DNA from: Polyangiales bacterium
Lineage (GTDB): Bacteria > Myxococcota_A > Polyangia > Polyangiales > Polyangiaceae
Direction of reading: 5' to 3'
Length of the DNA: 64,000 bases
Assembly (NCBI GenBank): GCA_038231275.1
Contig: JBBRLQ010000009.1
Location: 128,001-192,000 of the forward strand
Part shown: one piece after another, positions 18,175-27,184 of the stretch
How positions within the stretch are numbered: position 1 is the first letter of the stretch
Layout of the letters: every line of letters starts with the position of its first letter
The notes under the pieces: model-generated
The model's database searches: none
Told to the model about the DNA's origin: nothing
Seen by the model: the letters and a program-made list of their open reading frames with translations, nothing else
Made by a program: the position numbers and the translations under genes

Positions 18175-21100
18175 GTGCGCATCGCCTTTGTCCTCGTCGC
18201 GCTGCACGTCGCGGCCCTGACGGTCGCGCAGCCTGCAGGCGCAGGCGAGCCGGCGCTCGTCGACGCCGTCTGGCGCAACGAAGAGGGGCTGCCTCAGGCG
18301 ACGGTCCGCGCGGTCGCGGAGACCCCTGATGGGTACGTGTGGGTAGGCACGGACAGCGCCCTCGCACGCTTCGATGGGCAACGCTTCGAGACGTTCGACG
18401 TCCGCGCGGCGATCGGCTGTCAGGCGGTCACCGCGCTCGCGCTGGATCCGAAGTCACGGCTCGTGCTCGGAACTCCGTGCGGCGTCCTCTTCACGGACGA
18501 GGCCGGCCGTCCCGCGCGCGCCGTGCGGCTTCCCGACCGTCGCTCGCACCCTCTCACGAGCCTCGCGATCGGCAACGACGGCACGATCTGGGTTGGCACG
18601 TCGGCCGGTCTGGGTCGCGTTCGTGGCGACGCCGTGGAGATGGTGCCGCTCGACGCGCCGCTCAACGTCGCCACGATCGCGGCCGCGCGCGACGGTGGCG
18701 CGTGGGTGGGCGCGTGGGGATCGGTCGGCCACGTCGACGCGACGGGGAAGTACCAACCCATCGCGAACATGGTCGGCCAAGTCCACGCCGTCCTCGAGGC
18801 CCACGACGGGAACGTTTGGGTCGGCACGACCGACGGCCTCAAGCGCCTCGACGGCAAGCTCCTCGTCGACGAGCCGCGCGCCGCGCTTCTGCGCGACGAA
18901 GAGATCCTCTCGCTCGACGAAGGGGCGGATGGGCAGCTCTACATCGGACTCCAGGCGGGCGGCGGCATTCGTGTCCTCGACGCGACGGCGACGCGACAGA
19001 TCTCGCGCACCCGCAACGCCGTCATTGCGGTGCACGCCGACCGCGCCGGCGGCCTCCTCTACGGGACGCCCGCCGACGGCCTGCACCGCCTCCATCGCCC
19101 GCTCTTCCGCGTCGTGCCTCAGGGGCCTTCGACGCGGGAGCCGGTGTGGTCGCTCTTCGTCGGCGGCGACGACGATCTGTGGATCGGTTCGCGCGTCGGC
19201 TTGACGCACCTGACCGAGACGGCGGAGCCGCGTGTGGTCGGCGCGGTGCCGGTCGTCCGCACCGACGTGCTCTCCGTCCTTCGCACGCGCGACGGAGCGG
19301 TGTGGGCCGGCATGCGCGATCAGCTCGTGCGCGTCGCCCGGGACGGCGCGAAGCCGCGAACGTTCGGGATCAAGGACGGCCTCCCCGACGCGCTCATCGG
19401 CGGAATGCTGGAGGACCGTCGCGGTCGCGTGTGGGTCGGTACGGGGTACGGCCTCTCGTTCCTCGACGGGGAGCGCTTCGTTCCGCACGCTCCGGCGCAG
19501 ACGCGTGTCCGCGCGCTGCTCGAAGGGGAGGGCGACGAGATTTGGGTGGCGACGGACGACGGCATCGTCCTCCTTCGCGACGGCAAGGTGGCCCTCGAGC
19601 TGCGCGCGCAGGACGGCCTCGCGGAGTCTTCGACCTTTTCCATCGCGAAGACACGCATGGGGCTGCTCGCCGGGAGCTCGGCGGGGGTGTCGCTCGTCCG
19701 GGACGGCAAGGTCGTCGGTGTCCTCCACAAGCAAGAGGGGCTCGTCGCTGACGACATCCTGGGCATTTTGGCCGACGGCCTCGGCCGTGTCTGGTTCACG
19801 ACGGACTTCGGGATCTTCTTCGTCACCGAAGACGAGCTCGCCGCCTACTTCGAGCGCAAGGCGAGCGTGGTCCACGCGCGAGCGTTCGGAGTGGGCGACG
19901 GCCTGCCGGTGCTCGAGTGCAACGGCGGCACGAGCTCGACGCCGATCGCGCGCCTGTCGAATGGCGAGATCGCGTTCCCCACGATGCGCGGCCTCGTCGC
20001 GTTCGACCCCGCCCTCGTTGGACCCCCGCCGGCGCCCGCGCACGCCGTCGTCGAAGGGATCCGCTTGGCCGACGGCACGCTCCACTGGCGCGTCACGCGC
20101 GCGCTCTCGCCGCAGGAGCGCAACGTCCGATTCGAGTTCACCGCCATCGCGCTGGCCGGCCCGTCGCGCGTCCGCTTCGTGCACGAGCTCGAAGGCTTCG
20201 ACTCTGCGCGCTCCGAGCCGAGCCCCGAGCGCTTCGCGTACTACACGAACCTTCCGCCAGGCAGCTACCGCTTCCGGGTCCGCGGGTGCGACGTCGACGG
20301 TGCGTGCGAGCCCGAGGGGGCGGTCCTCGACGTGGCGATCGAGCCGCGGTTCTACGAGCGGCGGGGCTTTTGGCCGGGGCTCGCCTTCGCGGCGGCGGCG
20401 CTGGCGCTCCTCGCGTACGTTCGCCGGACACGCACGTTGCGCGCGAGGGCGCGGCAGCTCGGCGATCGCGTCGCCGAACGAACGCGCGAGCTGGCGCGCG
20501 CGAACGACGAGCTCAAATCGGCGTTTCGCGCGGCCGCCGAGGCGCAGTCCGCCGTCGAGGCGCTCCTCGCCGAGATCCCGCTGCCCATCCTCGTCTACCG
20601 CGAGGGCACGCTCCGCTACGTGAACGCCGCTGCGTGCGCGCTCCTCTCTGCGAAGGCGGACGATCTCGTCGGGACGACGACCGGCGCGGAGTGGCGGGCC
20701 GGCCCCGAGATCACCATCGACACCAAGAGCGGCGCGCACATCGTCGCCGAGATCTCGCGCTCGCCCTTCGTGTGGATCGGCGAGCCGGCCGATCTCGTCA
20801 TCGCGCGCGACGTGACCGAGGCGCGCCAGCTCGAGCTGCGCCTCGCCACCAACGAGCGCCTCGCCGCGCTGGGAACCCTCGCCGCGGGCGTCGCGCACGA
20901 GATCAACAACCCCCTCGCGTACGTGACCGCCAACGTCGAGCATGTGCGGAGCGTCCTCGCGAAGCTCCCTGGGATCAGCGCCGACTCGCGAGAGGCGCTC
21001 GAGGAGGCCGCCGACGGCGCCAAGCGCATCGCGACGATCGTGAAGGGCCTCACGACGGTCGCGCGCGCCGCCGACGATCGCGTCGAGGCGGTCGATCTCG

Positions 21101-21969
21101 GCGCGGTCGTGACGTCGGCGCTCAACATCGCCGCCGCAGAGCTTCGACGAAGGGCGCGCACCGAGGTCGTCGGCTTCGAAAGCCTCCCGCGCGTGAGCGG
21201 GGACACGACGCGCCTCGGCCAGGTCGTCCTGAACCTCGTCACCAACGCGGCGCAGTCGTTCGCGGGGGAGCCGGATCCGAACAACGTCGTGACCGTCCGA
21301 GGCGCGCGCGGCGAGGGGGACACCGTGCAGCTCCAGGTGATCGACACCGGCGCAGGGATCCCGCGCGAGCTCCTGTCGAAGATCTTCGATCCGTTCTTCA
21401 CGACCAAGCCGGTCGGGGAGGGGACCGGCCTGGGCTTGTCGGTCTGCCACGGGATCGTGCGCGCCCTCGGTGGCGACATCGCCATCGAGAGCGAGGTCGG
21501 CGTGGGGACCACCGTGACCGTGACGTTGCCGGTGTGGCGCGGGACGGCGCAGGTGGCGGTGTCACGCGTCAGCGAGCACCCGGAGGAGCGAGCGAAGGTT
21601 CTCGTCATCGACGACGATCCGCGCGTCGCGCGCGCGATTGGCAGGACGCTGCGCGCCCACGACGTGACCCTCGAGCCGTCCGCGGTCTCTGCGCTGGAGC
21701 GAATTCGCGGCGGGGAAAAATACGACGTCGTCCTCTGCGATCTCATGATGCCGGGAATGGACGGCATCGGTTTTTACACCGCGCTCGAGCGCGAACGCTC
21801 GCCGCTCTTGGCCACCCTCGTGTTCATGACGGGCGGCGTCTTCTCCCAGGACGTCGCGCGGTTCATCGAGTCGAGCCCGGTGCCGTGCCTGCAAAAACCG
21901 GTGAGCGCCGACGCGCTGAACCGGCTCGTCCGCGCGCGAACGCGCCGCGCCGTGGCGCCGCGTCCGTGA
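18175..21969 (+). CDS. Hybrid sensor histidine kinase (beta-propeller / Y_Y_Y sensor, TM, PAS, HisKA, HATPase, receiver)
   Basis: Repeated DG.+W+GT blades, [48 protein letters not shown]...CDLMMP. Confidence 0.95.
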   Translation: MRIAFVLVALHVAALTVAQPAGAGEPALVDAVWRNEEGLPQATVRAVAETPDGYVWVGTDSALARFDGQRFETFDVRAAIGCQAVTALALDPKSRLVLGTPCGVLFTDEAGRPARAVRLPDRRSHPLTSLAIGNDGTIWVGTSAGLGRVRGDAVEMVPLDAPLNVATIAAARDGGAWVGAWGSVGHVDATGKYQPIANMVGQVHAVLEAHDGNVWVGTTDGLKRLDGKLLVDEPRAALLRDEEILSLDEGADGQLYIGLQAGGGIRVLDATATRQISRTRNAVIAVHADRAGGLLYGTPADGLHRLHRPLFRVVPQGPSTREPVWSLFVGGDDDLWIGSRVGLTHLTETAEPRVVGAVPVVRTDVLSVLRTRDGAVWAGMRDQLVRVARDGAKPRTFGIKDGLPDALIGGMLEDRRGRVWVGTGYGLSFLDGERFVPHAPAQTRVRALLEGEGDEIWVATDDGIVLLRDGKVALELRAQDGLAESSTFSIAKTRMGLLAGSSAGVSLVRDGKVVGVLHKQEGLVADDILGILADGLGRVWFTTDFGIFFVTEDELAAYFERKASVVHARAFGVGDGLPVLECNGGTSSTPIARLSNGEIAFPTMRGLVAFDPALVGPPPAPAHAVVEGIRLADGTLHWRVTRALSPQERNVRFEFTAIALAGPSRVRFVHELEGFDSARSEPSPERFAYYTNLPPGSYRFRVRGCDVDGACEPEGAVLDVAIEPRFYERRGFWPGLAFAAAALALLAYVRRTRTLRARARQLGDRVAERTRELARANDELKSAFRAAAEAQSAVEALLAEIPLPILVYREGTLRYVNAAACALLSAKADDLVGTTTGAEWRAGPEITIDTKSGAHIVAEISRSPFVWIGEPADLVIARDVTEARQLELRLATNERLAALGTLAAGVAHEINNPLAYVTANVEHVRSVLAKLPGISADSREALEEAADGAKRIATIVKGLTTVARAADDRVEAVDLGAVVTSALNIAAAELRRRARTEVVGFESLPRVSGDTTRLGQVVLNLVTNAAQSFAGEPDPNNVVTVRGARGEGDTVQLQVIDTGAGIPRELLSKIFDPFFTTKPVGEGTGLGLSVCHGIVRALGGDIAIESEVGVGTTVTVTLPVWRGTAQVAVSRVSEHPEERAKVLVIDDDPRVARAIGRTLRAHDVTLEPSAVSALERIRGGEKYDVVLCDLMMPGMDGIGFYTALERERSPLLATLVFMTGGVFSQDVARFIESSPVPCLQKPVSADALNRLVRARTRRAVAPRP

Positions 21970-21985
21970 TGGTATCCTCGTACCC

Positions 21986-22675
21986 GTGCCGAAGATCCTG
22001 CTGGTCGACGACGACGTCGCGCTGCTCGACGTCCTTTCGCTCGCGTTCGAGGACGCGGGGCACGAGGTCCAGCGCGCGAAGGACGGCGTCGAGGCCCTCG
22101 CGAGCCTGAAGCGGGCGCGGTCCGAGCTCGTCGTCTGCGACGTGACGATGCCGCGCCTCGACGGCCTCTCCCTCTGCCGCCAGCTCCGCGCAGCCGGCGA
22201 CGCGATCCCCATCGTGCTCCTCACGTCGCGCGACACGGAGATCGACGAGGCGTTCGGCCTGGAGCTCGGCGCCGACGACTACGTCACGAAGCCCTTCAGC
22301 ACGCGCGTCCTCCTCGCGCGCGTCGCGGCGCTGCTCCGCCGCGAGCAGGCCAAGGGGGGCGGCGGCGCCGGGACCACCACCCTGCGCGCCGGCGATCTCT
22401 CCCTCGACGCCGAGCGAATGCGCGTCGTGTACAAGGGGACCGAGGTGCAGGTCACCGTCACCGAGTTCCGCATGCTGGAGGTCCTCGCCAAGCGGCCCGG
22501 CGTCGTGTTCTCGCGCGCGCAGCTCCTTCAGCTCGTGCGCGGCGACGACTCGGTGGTGGTCGATCGCATCATCGACACGTACGTGCGTCGCCTCCGTCGG
22601 AAGCTCGAGGCGATCGACGCCGGCTTCGCGTCGATCGACACGGTGGTGGGCGCGGGCTACCGCTGGCGCGAGTAG
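21986..22675 (+). CDS. OmpR-family response regulator
   Basis: LLVDDD, CDVTMP, GADDYVTKPF, winged helix with IDTYVRRLRRK and TVVGAGY. Confidence 0.95.
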   Translation: MPKILLVDDDVALLDVLSLAFEDAGHEVQRAKDGVEALASLKRARSELVVCDVTMPRLDGLSLCRQLRAAGDAIPIVLLTSRDTEIDEAFGLELGADDYVTKPFSTRVLLARVAALLRREQAKGGGGAGTTTLRAGDLSLDAERMRVVYKGTEVQVTVTEFRMLEVLAKRPGVVFSRAQLLQLVRGDDSVVVDRIIDTYVRRLRRKLEAIDAGFASIDTVVGAGYRWRE

Positions 22676-22676
22676 G

Positions 22677-24158
22677 ATGCGGCGCCGACGGTCTCTCCGC
22701 TGGAACGCGCTGCTCGTCGTCCTCGCGGTCGCGCTCTTCCCGCTCGTGTACGTCCTTGCGTCGGCGACCGTCGAGCAGCTCTTCGTGGGCCGCACGCTGA
22801 CGCGCGCGCGGGCGTCGGCCGACGAGATCGAGCGCGTCCTCGCCGGCGGAGACGCCACGGCGGCGTCCGAACGGATCGACGCGATCGCCCGCGCTTGCGA
22901 TCAGCGCGTGAGGGTCGTGCGGCCCGACGGCAAGGTCCTCGTCGACGCCGACCACGTGCTCGGTGAGAGTTGGGTCTTCCGGTTCGGCGACGTCTTCTAC
23001 GGCCCCGGTCGCCCGGCCGGCTTCCAAATGCTCGAAGAGCGCGAAGGCGCGCTGGCGTCACGTCCCGAGGTGCTGCGTGCGCTCGCCGCGCCATCCGGCG
23101 ACGACGGGGGATGCGAGCACTCCGTCATGGGCAACCTCGAGGTGTGTCACGTCGCGCGTCGCGTCGACTTGCCGAACGCCGCGCCTATCGTCATTCACGT
23201 GCAAGGCAGCTCCCGCCGCGCGCTGGAGGCGCTCTACGACTCGCGGCGGCAGCTCGTGAAGCTGACCGCGTTCGTCCTCGCGGCGGGCCTCCTCTTGTCC
23301 TGGTGGATGGGCAAGAAGATGGTTCGCCCCGTCGAGAATCTGCGCGAGGAGGTCCTCGGACGCGCGCGCGCGGCGGTTCCCGGCGCGGAGCTCGCGGTCG
23401 TGCGAGAAGACGAGGTCGGCGATCTCACCGTCGCGTTCAACGCGTTGCTCGGCGCGCTGGCGTCGCGCGCGAACGAGAACCAGGAGTTCGCCCAGGATCT
23501 GGCGCACGAGCTCAAGAACCCGGTCGCGGCGATCCGCGCGTGCGCCGAGCGGATCGCCGACGGTGAAGCCCTCGACGCCCCGCGCCGCAAGCGCCTCGCG
23601 GAGGTCCTCGATCAGAGCTCGCGACGACTCGACGCGCTGGTAACGCAGTTCCTCGAGCTCGCGCGCGCCGAGGCGGGCCTCCCCAACGAAGGCCGCGAGG
23701 ACGTCGACCTCGGCGCGCTCGCGCGCGGCATCGTCGGCGCTACCGAGCCACGCTTCGTGCGCGTCACCTTCGAGGTGAAGGCCGAGGGCCGCGCGATGGT
23801 CCACGGCGTGCAAAATCGGCTGGAATCCGCGCTCCGCAACCTCGTCGACAACGCCGCGTCCTTTGCGGGCGACGACGGGCGCGTGGTCGTCGAGGTGGCG
23901 TCGCGCGACGGCGGCGTCGAGGTCTCGGTGTCGGACACCGGGCCCGGCATCGCCAAGGACGATCTCCCGAAGATTTTCGATCGCTTCTTCACGAAGCGCG
24001 AGCGCGAAGGAGGCACCGGTCTCGGCCTCGCCCTCGTGCGCGCGGTGGTGCACGCGCACGGAGGGAACGTTCACGCCGAGTCGCCGCCGGGAGAAGGCGC
24101 GCGCTTCGTCGTCCGACTCGCCGCCGCGACGACTACTCCTGACGCCCCAGCGCCATGA
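22677..24158 (+). CDS. Sensor histidine kinase (2 TM, HAMP, HisKA, HATPase)
   Basis: LAHELKNP, NLVDNA, DTGPGI, GTGLGL; starts 1 nt after the regulator. Confidence 0.95.
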   Translation: MRRRRSLRWNALLVVLAVALFPLVYVLASATVEQLFVGRTLTRARASADEIERVLAGGDATAASERIDAIARACDQRVRVVRPDGKVLVDADHVLGESWVFRFGDVFYGPGRPAGFQMLEEREGALASRPEVLRALAAPSGDDGGCEHSVMGNLEVCHVARRVDLPNAAPIVIHVQGSSRRALEALYDSRRQLVKLTAFVLAAGLLLSWWMGKKMVRPVENLREEVLGRARAAVPGAELAVVREDEVGDLTVAFNALLGALASRANENQEFAQDLAHELKNPVAAIRACAERIADGEALDAPRRKRLAEVLDQSSRRLDALVTQFLELARAEAGLPNEGREDVDLGALARGIVGATEPRFVRVTFEVKAEGRAMVHGVQNRLESALRNLVDNAASFAGDDGRVVVEVASRDGGVEVSVSDTGPGIAKDDLPKIFDRFFTKREREGGTGLGLALVRAVVHAHGGNVHAESPPGEGARFVVRLAAATTTPDAPAP

Positions 24159-25851
24159 GCGCGCGGTCACCGCTCGGCAACGTCAGCTCCGCCGCGCGGT
24201 TCTGGAAGGCGATGCGCGCCACCGTAAGGCTGTCCTTCAGCGACGCCGACTCGGCGGTCGCCTTCGACTGGCTACGCTCGACCTCGGCGAGGAGCTTCTG
24301 GAGCTCTTTCTGGAGCGCTGTACCCGTATGCGCGGTGCGAAGCTCCGCGATCTGCGCCTTGAGCTCCGTCGCGCGATCGACGTAGGCCGCGAGCTCGCGC
24401 TGGAGAAGCGCCTCACGCAGCGTGCCGTCGCGGACCGTCTTGTCGATCGCGACGAGCGACGCCACCCGCGCGCGAAGCGGTGCGTCCGGCGGCGACGCGT
24501 CGAGGAACGCTTGCACCAGCTCGAGCGAGCCGGGCACGCGCACGTCGATCGCGCGGGCGACCGGCGCCTCTTCCTCGATGGCAAGCTCCGTCTGCGAGCT
24601 TCCATCGACCGTCACGCGAAACAGCTGCGAATCGCCGAGCTTCTCCGACGCCGGCGTCGTGAGGTGATACCCCGGCGAGACGACGTGGCGCACGTACACG
24701 GGGACGAGATCGCTCTGGCGGTTCTTGATGACGTAGGACCGCTTCACGGCGTGGCGCATCTCGGCTTGCACGATGCCGTTCTCGATCGAAGAAATCTTGG
24801 CGATCGACTCGTGCGACGTCGGCGCCGCGGGCGCGACCACGATTTGACGATCGAGCGCGAAGGAGATGAACGCGACGCCGTGCGCAGGGATCGGGTCGGG
24901 CAACCCCTCCCCGATGAATCGTCCCTCGCCGAAGAGCGCGAACGGGCCGCTCTCGAGCACCGAGCTGGTCGGGTTCTTGAGGCGCACGACGCGGTACGGA
25001 AACGCGGCGTCGGGGCTCGTCGACTTGGGGTCGTAGAGGTAGGCGATCTCGCCTTGCGTGCGTTCGTGGAGGATCGAGATCATCGCGGACGTTCCGCGGC
25101 GCACCGTCATCGGCACCGGCGACTCGAAGAGCGAGCTGCCGATGGCCTCGGTGCTCGCGGGCGCCGTCGGCCTTGGGGGCGTCGGCGTAGTCGTCGGAGT
25201 GATCGCCGGAGTCGGCGCCGCCTTCGCGCCCGGATCCTCCGCGGTGCCGAGCAGCGCGAAAGGCGCGTTCGGCCTCAGCGCGTCGCGCGGCACGTCACGC
25301 ACCGATCGCAGATCGTGCCGGAAAGACAGCGCGGCGCTCGAACCGACGCCGACGCGCACGCCGCTCCAATCCTCGCCGGACGCGTTGTCGATGACGGTCC
25401 ACCCTTGGAGATCGATCTCCCCGTCCGCGCCCATGACGACGCGGTAGCTCGGCTTCCACGCGGGCGCCTCCGCCACGTAAGAGAGGAGGAGATCGTGTGG
25501 CGCGGGCCCGGGCAGCGTGATGGTCATCTCGACCACGGAGTCGTGCCCGGGCGGAACGTCGGTTCGGTACGCCACGGGGGTCGGGAGCTTCGTGCGTTCG
25601 TCCGTGACGGTCAGCGACTTGAGGAGATCGTCGATCTTGTCCGTGGGAACCGAGAGGACGAGCGTGTCGCCGGTCACGTGCGCGTGACGCTCGAAATAGG
25701 CCACGCCGTTGCGATAGACGACGACGCGACCGAGCGTGGTGTTCTCGGCGAGAGCTGGCGACCTCGCGGCGGCGGGTTGCGTGGCCGGCTTCGTCGCCCG
25801 CGCGCCGCACCCTGCGACGAGCATCATCGAGCAGAGGATGAGCCTCTTCAT
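24133..25851 (-). CDS. DUF4139-like lipoprotein with C-terminal coiled coil
   Basis: Lipobox LVAGC; LGRVVVYRNGVAYFER, WKPSYRVV, DNASGEDW, LESGP. Confidence 0.75.
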   Translation of the reverse strand: MKRLILCSMMLVAGCGARATKPATQPAAARSPALAENTTLGRVVVYRNGVAYFERHAHVTGDTLVLSVPTDKIDDLLKSLTVTDERTKLPTPVAYRTDVPPGHDSVVEMTITLPGPAPHDLLLSYVAEAPAWKPSYRVVMGADGEIDLQGWTVIDNASGEDWSGVRVGVGSSAALSFRHDLRSVRDVPRDALRPNAPFALLGTAEDPGAKAAPTPAITPTTTPTPPRPTAPASTEAIGSSLFESPVPMTVRRGTSAMISILHERTQGEIAYLYDPKSTSPDAAFPYRVVRLKNPTSSVLESGPFALFGEGRFIGEGLPDPIPAHGVAFISFALDRQIVVAPAAPTSHESIAKISSIENGIVQAEMRHAVKRSYVIKNRQSDLVPVYVRHVVSPGYHLTTPASEKLGDSQLFRVTVDGSSQTELAIEEEAPVARAIDVRVPGSLELVQAFLDASPPDAPLRARVASLVAIDKTVRDGTLREALLQRELAAYVDRATELKAQIAELRTAHTGTALQKELQKLLAEVERSQSKATAESASLKDSLTVARIAFQNRAAELTLPSGDRALMALGRQE

Positions 25852-25957
25852 GTGGTCCTCCGTGCGCAGACGAGTCGCGCGCCGTCCCCTTCCGACGCGC
25901 GAACGCGTGAAACGATCTGACGCGATTTCGGCAATTCCCTTCCGGTACCCTCGGCGT

Positions 25958-27184
25958 ATGAGCCCCGCAAAAAAAGCGGCGAAGGAAAAGAAGAAGAGCG
26001 CGAATCCCAAGCCCAAGCCCGGGCCGAAACCCAAGCCCACGGCGAAGGCCTCGAAGAAGACCTCGCCGCTCGCGTTGTCCAAGGGGGACGCGCCGCCCAA
26101 GGACGTCACCCGCGATCTCTTCCTCGTCTGGCGCGCGCCGCGCATCGGCATGGCCAATCCGCAGCGGCTCACCAATGCGGCGTGGACATGGCTCGCGCGC
26201 CACAAGGAGATGAACGCGTACGTGGCGAACGCGCACTTCGCCGGGCCGAGCTCGATGGCGGTGGGACCGTGCTTCTGCGCGAACCGCTTCGGTCAGAGCA
26301 TCACCGACCTGCCCGACGGCCGCGTCTTTGCCATTGCGGGCGAGCACGAGGACTACTACGACCCCGACTTCTTCATCTACAACGACGTCATCGTCACGGA
26401 CGCCGCGGGGCGCGTGGAGATCTTCGGCTATCCGCGCGAGGTCTTTCCCCCGACCGATTTCCACACCGCCACGCTCGTCGGAAATCGCATCATCGTGATC
26501 GGGTGCCTGGGGTACCCGTCGCAGCGCGATCCTGGCACAACGCCGGTCTTTGCCGTCGACACGACCACGCTCGCGATCACGCGGCTCACGACGACCGGAA
26601 TGCTGCCCGGGCGAATCTTCAACCACGAGGCCGAGCTCGCGGCGGACGCGCGCACGATCGTGATCCGCAAGGGCGAGCGCGCGATGCTCGTGCACGGGGC
26701 CGAAAAGATCTGCGACAACCACGACGACTGGTCCCTCGATCTCGAGACCCTGACGTGGAGACGGCTGACCGAGCGCCGGTGGCCGGTGTGGGAGCTCGCG
26801 CGCGCGGACGGCGAGCGCAACCACCTCTGGGAGATCGAGGGAATGTCGTGGCACGCGGACGGCAAGACCCCGTTCGATCGCGCGCAATTCGCTGCGCACC
26901 GAAAGGCGCTCGGCCGCGTCCCTGACCTCGATGTCTTCGCGACGCGCTTTTCACCGCCCATCGCGCACACCAAGGTCGAGGACGCGGAGGCGCGGCACGA
27001 CACCACGACCATCGAGGCCGCGGGCATGCTCGTTCGCTATCGGCAGGAGTCGCGATGCGTGCGCATCACCGTGTGCGGCCGCCTCCCGGAGGAGACGGTC
27101 GCAACACTGGTGGACGACGCGCGGCGGAAGCTCGAGGTGCTCGAGCAGTTCGCCTACGAAGCGCGCCTCGTGCCGGCATTCTGA
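25958..27184 (+). CDS. Hypothetical protein with Kelch-like beta repeats and a Lys-rich N-terminus
   Basis: RFGQS...LPDGR...IAGEHEDYYDPDF.IYNDV, DFHTATLVGNRI..IG. Confidence 0.65.
   Translation: MSPAKKAAKEKKKSANPKPKPGPKPKPTAKASKKTSPLALSKGDAPPKDVTRDLFLVWRAPRIGMANPQRLTNAAWTWLARHKEMNAYVANAHFAGPSSMAVGPCFCANRFGQSITDLPDGRVFAIAGEHEDYYDPDFFIYNDVIVTDAAGRVEIFGYPREVFPPTDFHTATLVGNRIIVIGCLGYPSQRDPGTTPVFAVDTTTLAITRLTTTGMLPGRIFNHEAELAADARTIVIRKGERAMLVHGAEKICDNHDDWSLDLETLTWRRLTERRWPVWELARADGERNHLWEIEGMSWHADGKTPFDRAQFAAHRKALGRVPDLDVFATRFSPPIAHTKVEDAEARHDTTTIEAAGMLVRYRQESRCVRITVCGRLPEETVATLVDDARRKLEVLEQFAYEARLVPAF

Noticed and set aside
18454..21450. 998-aa minus-strand ORF
   Set aside because: Antisense shadow of the hybrid kinase
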